From assembly GCA_963770895.1 (NCBI GenBank), contig CAVYRF010000001.1:32001-96000 (forward strand): DNA of 64,000 bases. Direction: 5' to 3'. Origin of the DNA: an uncultured Acidobacteriota bacterium. GTDB lineage: Bacteria; Acidobacteriota; Thermoanaerobaculia; Multivoradales; UBA5704. Positions 57,750-64,000 of this stretch are shown here, piece after piece (the stretch's first letter is position 1; every line of letters begins with the position of its first letter). The position numbers and the translations under genes are program-made. The notes below the pieces were generated by a model. That model did no database searches. It was not told the DNA's origin and worked only from the letters and a program-made list of their open reading frames with translations.

Positions 57750-59093
57750 TCAGAACTCCGCCGCGGGGCGCTTCATGTCCCCCATGTCCCCGGTCGGCAC
57801 GCCGTATTTCAGAAAGAGCCTGGCGAGAATCGCCTTGTCGGAGTCCGGGATCACGAAGATGCCGCCGTGGCGCTTCTCGGGGTGAAGGCCGAGCTTGCGG
57901 CGCAGGAGCCAGCCGATCCACTTCGGAGAGACCTTGCGGTCGTAATCGTTCTCGTGGCGATCGGCAAAGAGCGCGGTTATCTCCTTCACTGAGAGCGGGG
58001 TCTCGGCGGCGGCCAGGTCGCGGATGACTTCGAGGAGCTGCGCCTCGGTCTCCATGCCGCGGTCAGCGACGAGCTGACGCTCGTAGCCGCGGGCCAGGTC
58101 CCGGAGACGCCCCCTCGCCTCCTCGTCCTCGATCGTCGCCATGAGGGGCGCGAGGATCTGCGCCAGGCGCGGCTCGAGGCCGCGATCGGCGGCGAGCGCG
58201 AGGTCGCGCGGTCTTGTGAGGTTGCGGCAGCGGAAGAGAAGGAGCTGGTTTCGGAGCTGCCTGGCCTCGTCCCTGAGCGCCGCCGGCAGGTTCAAGGGGA
58301 TGTCGTCGCGCAGGGGCCGGCCGCCCATCTCTTCGGTCAGGCACCGGGATTCGAGCGCCTTGTCCTCGAAGAAGCCACGGGTGGCGACGAGCTTGGGGCC
58401 GAAGACCGCGTAGGCCCGCGGATCGAACTCCCGGCGGTTCGTGGATTCGCTTCGCAAGACCGGGAAGCCCCTGGCGTTCCCGTTGTTCAAGATCTTCACC
58501 ACCTCGGCCTTCTCGTCTGAGAGCCGGAAGTCGGCCTCGTCGACGATCAAAGTCCCCCGGAAGGCGTCGAGGATGCGGAAGATGGGCGAGACGGTCGAGG
58601 TCCCGGAGGCGAAGATGGGCTTGTAGCAGAGGGAGCCGACCGCAAGGAGGAAGCGGCTTTTGCCGCTTCCGTAGTCTCCCCGGACCCGGAGGTAGGGCAA
58701 CTCCTCGAAGGCATCGTAGAGCCAGGTGAAGAGCACGTAGGAGGCGGCGAGTTCCTCGAAGGCCGGCGAGAGATCCACGTAGCGGTGGATGAAAGAACGG
58801 ACCGCGGAGAGCAGCTCGCCATCCGTCCCGTACTCCTCGGGCGCCGAGGGGAAGAGCACCACGTCATGTACGAGGAGGTTGTTCCTGGGGTTCATGGGCA
58901 CCAGGCGGCCGGCGGCCACCTCGACCCACGGCTCCATGGTCCAGCTCCCGGACTCGTAGCGGACGAAGGCGGTCTCGCCGGCAGCCGGGTCGTAGACCAT
59001 CTCGACCACGACGTCGCCGGGGAGAACCGCGCCGGCAGACGGGATGCCGCGCTCTCTCTTCTGCTCTTCCTTCCCGCTCATGGGCGGGGCCAT
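57750..59093 (-). CDS. Primase-partner replication protein (DUF3631-like, P-loop)
   Basis: LPYLRVRGDYGSGKSR Walker A-like; GTLIVDEAD; ALESRC; C-terminal GDMGDM; overlaps the primase stop. Confidence 0.7.
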   Translation of the reverse strand: MAPPMSGKEEQKRERGIPSAGAVLPGDVVVEMVYDPAAGETAFVRYESGSWTMEPWVEVAAGRLVPMNPRNNLLVHDVVLFPSAPEEYGTDGELLSAVRSFIHRYVDLSPAFEELAASYVLFTWLYDAFEELPYLRVRGDYGSGKSRFLLAVGSLCYKPIFASGTSTVSPIFRILDAFRGTLIVDEADFRLSDEKAEVVKILNNGNARGFPVLRSESTNRREFDPRAYAVFGPKLVATRGFFEDKALESRCLTEEMGGRPLRDDIPLNLPAALRDEARQLRNQLLLFRCRNLTRPRDLALAADRGLEPRLAQILAPLMATIEDEEARGRLRDLARGYERQLVADRGMETEAQLLEVIRDLAAAETPLSVKEITALFADRHENDYDRKVSPKWIGWLLRRKLGLHPEKRHGGIFVIPDSDKAILARLFLKYGVPTGDMGDMKRPAAEF

Positions 59094-60037
59094 TTCTCCA
59101 ATCGGTCGAGCGCGGCCAAGAAGCCCAGGCCCTCCTTGGCCCGGAGGAATGCGATCTGGTCGCCGTGAGCGCCGCAGGCGAAGCAGTGGTAGGTGTCGGT
59201 AAAGGGGAAGACAGCGAGCGAGGGGCGGCGGTCATCGTGGAAGGGACAGCGGCCCATGAGGACGCGGCCGGCGGCCTGGAGCTTCACGTAGGCGCCCACG
59301 ACCTCGGCGATCGGGACGCGCTTCTTCGCGCCTTGCACTCGCTTGTACCCGGAGGGCGAGAGTGCCGGATAGGGCGAGGGTGGCATGCTCTTCAGGGTCC
59401 GCTCCTCGGAGAGCGGCTCGGCCTGGCGCAGGAGCGCCTCGAAGTCCGCGGCGGTGCGCTTCAGCCGGACGAAGTAGTCGGTGAGGTCGCCTTTGTCGCC
59501 CACCTCCTCAGGCAACGTCACGATCCGGGCATGCTGGACAAGGTGCGCGACCCGCAGGGCGCCCTGCTTCCCGGCATCGTCCCGGTCGAAGCAGACGTAA
59601 ACCTCGGGGATACCAAAGAAGAAACGCGCCCACTCCTCGGGGAAGGCCCCAGCGCCGCCGGTCGAAGTCACCGCATGGAAGCCCTTCGTTTCAAGGACCA
59701 GGCGGTCGAACTCGCCCTCGCAGATAACGATGCGCTCCGGTTGATGCTGGAAGAACTCCTCACCGTAGAGGGCGACCCGGCTGCCGGGGGTGGACATCAT
59801 CTTTGGGCTCATGCGGTCCTCGGGATCGCGGGCCAGGCGGAAGGAGACGAGCGCGCCTTCGCGGTTCCTTACAGGGATCGTGGTGCGGAAGCCGTTCCAG
59901 CCGAGGAGGAAGCGGTGAATCACGTCATCGGAGAGTCCGCGGGTTTCCATGAGGTATGTGCGGATGCGGGCCGGGAGCCGGCGGTGGAAGCCCAAGGCGG
60001 TCGAATGATGATCGAAGACGGCACGGTCGAAAGCCAT
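59078..60037 (-). CDS. DNA primase-like protein: Toprim domain plus C-terminal CHC2 zinc finger
   Basis: YL..RGL; ICEGEFD; CFDRDDAG; GDLTDY; then CPFHDDRRPS...HCFACGAHGD. Confidence 0.88.
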   Translation of the reverse strand: MAFDRAVFDHHSTALGFHRRLPARIRTYLMETRGLSDDVIHRFLLGWNGFRTTIPVRNREGALVSFRLARDPEDRMSPKMMSTPGSRVALYGEEFFQHQPERIVICEGEFDRLVLETKGFHAVTSTGGAGAFPEEWARFFFGIPEVYVCFDRDDAGKQGALRVAHLVQHARIVTLPEEVGDKGDLTDYFVRLKRTAADFEALLRQAEPLSEERTLKSMPPSPYPALSPSGYKRVQGAKKRVPIAEVVGAYVKLQAAGRVLMGRCPFHDDRRPSLAVFPFTDTYHCFACGAHGDQIAFLRAKEGLGFLAALDRLEKWPRP

Positions 60038-60116
60038 GCTCCAAGGGTAGCGACCAGGAGCAAACGGCAAAGAGGGTTTTTCTTTCCGCAGGCGGAGCGT
60101 TGCCGCATTGCCGGAC

Positions 60117-60794
60117 TCATGCCGCTTGCCGCAACTTTGCCGGATCGGAGACGCGCCGCCGCGCGATCTCGGCATAGGCCGGATCGATCTCGATACCAAG
60201 GAAGCGGCGGCCTAAATCCTTCGCCGCCTTGCAGGTGGTGCCGGAGCCGGCGAAGGGATCGAGCACGAGCTCGCCCGGCGCGCTGCTCTTCTGGATCAAG
60301 TAGCGGAGCATGTCCTCCGGCTTCTCGGTGGGGTGGTCCCGCCGGCGACCGGCGCGCTTGAAGAAGAGGACGTTCGCGTCCCGGTGTCCATTGAGACGCC
60401 GCCGACCTTTGTGCCCGAAGAGCAGATATTCGGTCCGGTTCGCGTAGTCGCCCTTCAGGTCGCCGGCCGTGTGCTGGTCCTTCACCCACACGAGGAGGCG
60501 CTTCACCTTGAACCCGGCGGCGGCCATCTCCGAGCGGAAGGTTGCCAGCCCGTACTCGTTACAGAAGACGTAGGCGTGGGTATCGGGCCGCAGTGCCCGG
60601 TACGCCTCGCGGATAAAGGGCCGAAACCAGGAGAGGTCGTCGTCGCCCACGATGGGGCGGCTGCCGGCGCGGGGCCGGTAGCGCATGCCGTAGGGCGGGT
60701 CAGTGAGAAGCAGGTCGACGGACTCGGCAGGAAGCCCGGCGAGAACCTCGCGGCAGTCGCCCAGGATGATCTTGTTTATGAGGCGGCGAGCCAT
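60117..60794 (-). CDS. Orphan N4/N6 DNA methyltransferase (beta class)
   Basis: LTDPPY motif IV; HPTEKP; VLDPFAGSGTT motif I; GIEID. Confidence 0.93.
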   Translation of the reverse strand: MARRLINKIILGDCREVLAGLPAESVDLLLTDPPYGMRYRPRAGSRPIVGDDDLSWFRPFIREAYRALRPDTHAYVFCNEYGLATFRSEMAAAGFKVKRLLVWVKDQHTAGDLKGDYANRTEYLLFGHKGRRRLNGHRDANVLFFKRAGRRRDHPTEKPEDMLRYLIQKSSAPGELVLDPFAGSGTTCKAAKDLGRRFLGIEIDPAYAEIARRRVSDPAKLRQAA

Positions 60795-60999
60795 GACTCC
60801 GATTCTCGGCTCCCAGAGAGCATGCGCAAAGAGAGCGCGGCGTTCCGCAGACGGAGTATCGCTTGCCTTTTTCTATCCTGGAGGTAGCCTGTCTCAAACG
60901 TCAAAAATCTCCATCCATCACAATGAATAATCATCTGTTCCGCGCACGGAAAGGATTCCCCGCTCCCTCGGCTCGATCGCGCGGCATACGCTCTCGCGT

Positions 61000-61185
61000 A
61001 TGCGATTTAAGGACAATGACCTGCGGGAGTTCGTGGCGATCTGGAAACGAGTCTTCAACGAGGAGATCTCGCTCGCCGATGCACGCCACCGCGCCTCGCA
61101 GCTCGTCACCCTCTACCTCGCGCTCGCCAAGCGCCTGCCCGAGGAAATAGACAATCCGCCAGCTCATCCACCCACCTCGTCATGA
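61000..61185 (+). CDS. Small helical protein coupled to the recombinase
   Basis: 61-aa ORF whose TGA overlaps the recombinase ATG (ATGA). Confidence 0.7.
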   Translation: MRFKDNDLREFVAIWKRVFNEEISLADARHRASQLVTLYLALAKRLPEEIDNPPAHPPTSS

Positions 61186-62792
61186 AATACTTCCTCTATT
61201 GCCGCAAGTCCTCTGAGGCCGAAGACCGCCAAGTGCTCTCGATCGAATCGCAGAAAAGCGAGATGGCGCGCCTCGCCGCTGGCTGGACCGAAGGAGACGC
61301 GATCGTCGCGACCTTCGAGGAGTCCATGAGCGCGAAGGCGCCAGGTCGCCCCATCTTCGAGGAGATGCTCCGGCGGGTCGAGAAAGGCGAGGCCGATGGC
61401 GTCGTCGCCTGGCACCCGGACCGCCTGGCCCGCAACTCGGTGGACGGCGGCCGGATCATCTTCCTCCTGGACAAGGGCTCGCTCAAAGATCTGAAATTCG
61501 CAACCCTGACCTTCGAGAACAACCCGCAGGGCAAGTTCATGCTCTCGATCATCTTCGGGTACTCCAAGTATTACGTGGACTCCCTCTCCGAGAACATCCG
61601 CCGCGGCATCCGAACCAAGCTAGAAAAGGGCTGGCTCCCCAACATGGCCCCGACCGGCTACCTGAACGATCGGGAAGGGCGCACGATCATCCCTGACCCG
61701 GAGCGCTTCCCCTTGATGCGCCGCATGTGGGACCTGATGCTCACTGGCACGTACTCGCCCCGGCAAATCCTTGAGATCGCGACCGACCAATGGGGACTCC
61801 GCACGAAGAAGCGCAGGCGCACCGGCGGCAAGGCGCTCACCCTCGGCGCCCTCTACAAGATGTTCGGCCAGCCCTTCTACGCGGGCATCATCGAGCGCCA
61901 CGGGAGGACGTATCCCGGCAAGCACGAGCCCATGGTGACCCTCGACGAGTTCGAGCGCGTCCAGGCCCTTCTCGGTCGCGCAAACCGGCCGCGGCCGAAG
62001 GAGCGCGCCTTCGCCTTCACCGGGCTCATCCGTTGCGGCGTCTGCGGCTGCGCGGTGACCGCCGAGGAGAAGGAGAAACCCTCGGGTCTCCACTTCGTTT
62101 ACTACCACTGCACGCGCAAAAGGAAGCCCGGCTGCAAGGAGCCGGCTATCTCCCTTCCGAAGCTTGAAGAGGAGATCCTCAAGTTCATCTCGGAGCTATC
62201 CATCCCCGAGGAGGTCCATCGCTGGGTGCTCGCTCGGCTCGAGGAGGCCGCTGGGGAAGAGACCTCGCTCAATGCCGTAGGACAGCGCTCCGCAGAGGCG
62301 GCAATGGCTGCGGTCCTGCGGCAGCTCGACAACCTCACTCTCATGCGGGTCCGGGAACTCATCTCCGAAGAGGAGTTCGTGAAGCAGCGGGAGGCGCTAA
62401 GCCGCGAGAAGCTTCGCTTGACTCAGCAAGCGGATGCGACACCCCAAGGATGGTTAGAACCGGCCAAGATGCTCGCTTCCTTCAATCTTCGCGCCATTTC
62501 CTGGTTCCAGGCACGTGATCTCGAAATCCAGCGCCTTATCCTCGCTGTCGCAGGATCGAACTCGACCCTCAAGGGCCGGGAAGTCAATATCGACGCGGCG
62601 AAACCCTTTCAGCGGCAGCCGGGAGGCGTCGACTTTCCTAAGATGTGGAGCACTGTAGAGGACGTTAGAACCGGAATCCAGAGTCATGATCCCCAGATGC
62701 TTGATCTGATCGACAAACTCCGCAGGCTTCACGCGCTCGTACAGGATAGAGGACTGGCGGACGACACCAAGGAAGAGATGTGTGCCGTGTAA
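61182..62792 (+). CDS. Large serine recombinase (resolvase + recombinase + Zn-ribbon domains)
   Basis: YCRKSS catalytic Ser; RPIFEEML; DRLARN; APTGY; PFYAG; GKHEPMV; LIRCGVCG...YYHC; coiled coil. Confidence 0.95.
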   Translation: MKYFLYCRKSSEAEDRQVLSIESQKSEMARLAAGWTEGDAIVATFEESMSAKAPGRPIFEEMLRRVEKGEADGVVAWHPDRLARNSVDGGRIIFLLDKGSLKDLKFATLTFENNPQGKFMLSIIFGYSKYYVDSLSENIRRGIRTKLEKGWLPNMAPTGYLNDREGRTIIPDPERFPLMRRMWDLMLTGTYSPRQILEIATDQWGLRTKKRRRTGGKALTLGALYKMFGQPFYAGIIERHGRTYPGKHEPMVTLDEFERVQALLGRANRPRPKERAFAFTGLIRCGVCGCAVTAEEKEKPSGLHFVYYHCTRKRKPGCKEPAISLPKLEEEILKFISELSIPEEVHRWVLARLEEAAGEETSLNAVGQRSAEAAMAAVLRQLDNLTLMRVRELISEEEFVKQREALSREKLRLTQQADATPQGWLEPAKMLASFNLRAISWFQARDLEIQRLILAVAGSNSTLKGREVNIDAAKPFQRQPGGVDFPKMWSTVEDVRTGIQSHDPQMLDLIDKLRRLHALVQDRGLADDTKEEMCAV

Positions 62793-63139
62793 GGAACAGC
62801 GGCAGATCGAAGATCGCCGATTGTCGGAATGCCTCCTAGCCTTAGCCTAGAGCCGCGACTCTTGCTTCAGAGGCGTCATGAGGTTCCACCCGCCCCCGCT
62901 CCTCAGCGCATCGCGAAAGGCCTTGGCGGGACTCATAAGCAAGTGCAGGTAGTGCGGGAGTATTGGCGCCTCAACCGCTATTCGCAGAACACGAATGACC
63001 ATGTTAATGGCATCGCGTTCGAGTGGTACAATAAAGCGGAAGCGCTCTGTTTACTACAGGCTATCATAAAAGCCCCTTCAGGGGAAAGCATCGCTGGACA
63101 TTGCGATATGCAGAGGAGCGCACCTCCGACCGAGAATGG

Positions 63140-63395
63140 TTACAGGAGGTCGTCTGAACTCCTCCTCAGTCATGCCGCTATGGCGAATGATGGCCCGCAC
63201 CGTGCCCCGAGGGAGATCCTCATGGTGCATGGCCACGACAGTGCAGAGCTTCCGCTCGGGCTGGACGAGGAGCAGATGTCTTGTCCGGCGTTGCCGGTGC
63301 TCGGCGAAGCCAGCTCGTATGAGGGCGTTGACTATTTGCTTCGCGGTGAGGCTGGGGAAGTGCTGACGGCGCCAAGGAGGTGCAATGTGCCGCAT
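63140..63395 (-). pseudogene. hicA: Degenerate HicA-like toxin
   Basis: FPSLTAKQIVNALIRAGF...H...VVAMHHEDLPRGTVRAIIRHSGMTEEEF; GSH motif altered to TRH; a one-base shift near the end hides an LL-stop; no hicB seen. Confidence 0.65.
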
Positions 63396-63428
63396 TGGGA
63401 AGTTGCTTCGGTCCGCGAACGCGGCTAG

Positions 63429-64000
63429 CAGTCCGTGGTGCAAGTAGTTGTCGCAGCACCGGGCACCTGCGACACTTGTCGTACTTTCGGAGGTTTGCCG
63501 AATGGCGATGGGCAAGAAGAAGGGCCGGCAGGGGGACATGTGGATCGCGACGGGCGATCTGGCCCGCAGCCCCGGCCATCCGTTCTACGAGCGGCTGAAC
63601 CGGGTACTTGAACAGCACGGCTTCGACGGCTTCGTGGAAAAGCAGTGCCAGGTCTTCTATGCGGAGCGAATGGGCCGGCCGTCGCTGCCGCCAGGCGCCT
63701 ACTTTCGTTTGCTCCTGATCGGCTACTTTGAGGGGATCAACTCGGAGCGAGGCATCGCTTGGCGGGTGTCGGATTCGCTGACGCTGCGAGAGTTCTTAGG
63801 GTTGAGCCTGTCGGAAGCCCCGCCGGATCATTCGACGATTTCGCGCAACCGGCGTCTGATCGACGTCGAGACGCATCAGGAGGTCTTTGCCTGGGTGCTG
63901 GGGGTTTTGGGTCAGGAAGGTCTTCTGCGAGGGCAGACAATCGGAGTGGACGCCACGACCCTGGAAGCCAACGCGGCGATGAAGAGCATCGTGCGGCGGG
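63429..64000 (+). mobile_element. IS1182-like insertion sequence, left part (runs off window)
   Basis: CAGTCCGTGGTG end preceded by CTAG; transposase begins at 63502. Confidence 0.75.
63502..64000 (+). CDS. IS1182/IS5-like DDE transposase (partial, not in ORF track)
   Basis: Translated by hand: MAMGKK...PGHPFYERLN...GRPSLPPG...GINSERGIAWR..DSL..REFLG...PDHSTISR...GVDATTLEANAAM; GGAGG RBS. Confidence 0.9.
   Translation, partial: MAMGKKKGRQGDMWIATGDLARSPGHPFYERLNRVLEQHGFDGFVEKQCQVFYAERMGRPSLPPGAYFRLLLIGYFEGINSERGIAWRVSDSLTLREFLGLSLSEAPPDHSTISRNRRLIDVETHQEVFAWVLGVLGQEGLLRGQTIGVDATTLEANAAMKSIVRR

Larger units (their letters stand above)
39846..62792. mobile_element. Integrative element with large serine recombinase, primase module and VirD4/TraD-like ATPases (boundaries approximate)
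   Basis: Coherent gene set (recombinase, MTase, primase, RuvC-like, two ATPases, XRE/RHH regulators, RadC, DUF932); visibly lower GC than the first 36 kb; att sites not identified with certainty. Confidence 0.75.

Noticed and set aside
60117-60794. Complete restriction-modification system
   Set aside because: No adjacent endonuclease; the neighbours are a primase and a recombinase, so it is treated as an orphan protective MTase.
39846-62792. Prophage
   Set aside because: No terminase, capsid, portal, tail or lysis genes recognised.
62829-63428. 199-aa plus-strand ORF after the recombinase
   Set aside because: No recognisable motif, and its 3' half is antisense to the HicA-like frame; it cannot be supported as a gene.
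1-64000. tRNA or rRNA genes, including a tRNA integration site
   Set aside because: No cloverleaf with T-loop and CCA end or rRNA-like segment was recognised by eye; a tRNAscan-SE/Infernal run would be needed to exclude them fully.

Overview
The first ~36 kb is very GC-rich bacterial chromosome. The VWFA-related protein and the ADOP-type duplicated permease point to Acidobacteriota (inference). It mostly encodes secreted and envelope proteins plus housekeeping-type enzymes: a subtilase, a Tat amidase, a TolB/BamA-like protein, an M49 peptidase, AidB, a VIT1/MbfA-like protein, a GDSL esterase and a frameshifted cysteine dioxygenase. From ~36.1 kb to the end lies an accessory island. It begins with a 3.7-kb module between 42-bp imperfect direct repeats, holding a DUF433/PIN toxin-antitoxin pair, IS66 and IS21 remnants and a CHAT fragment. 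A ~23-kb integrative element follows. It carries a large serine recombinase, an orphan DNA methyltransferase, a Toprim-CHC2 primase with a partner protein, a candidate origin, a RuvC-like nuclease, two VirD4/TraD-like ATPases (one split by an intact IS66 with an 8-bp target duplication), XRE/RHH regulators with visible operators, RadC and DUF932. The element carries AT-richer cargo: a PD-(D/E)XK-like and HEPN-like gene pair, and a tightly linked four-gene operon at 51.9-55.4 kb (stand-alone CapD-like NDP-sugar dehydratase, multi-pass membrane protein, Nudix hydrolase, PP2C-like phosphatase). That operon is the best candidate for an undescribed, possibly anti-phage, system. The window ends in a degenerate hicA and a partial IS1182-like transposase. 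All family calls come from motif recognition by eye; no database searches were run.
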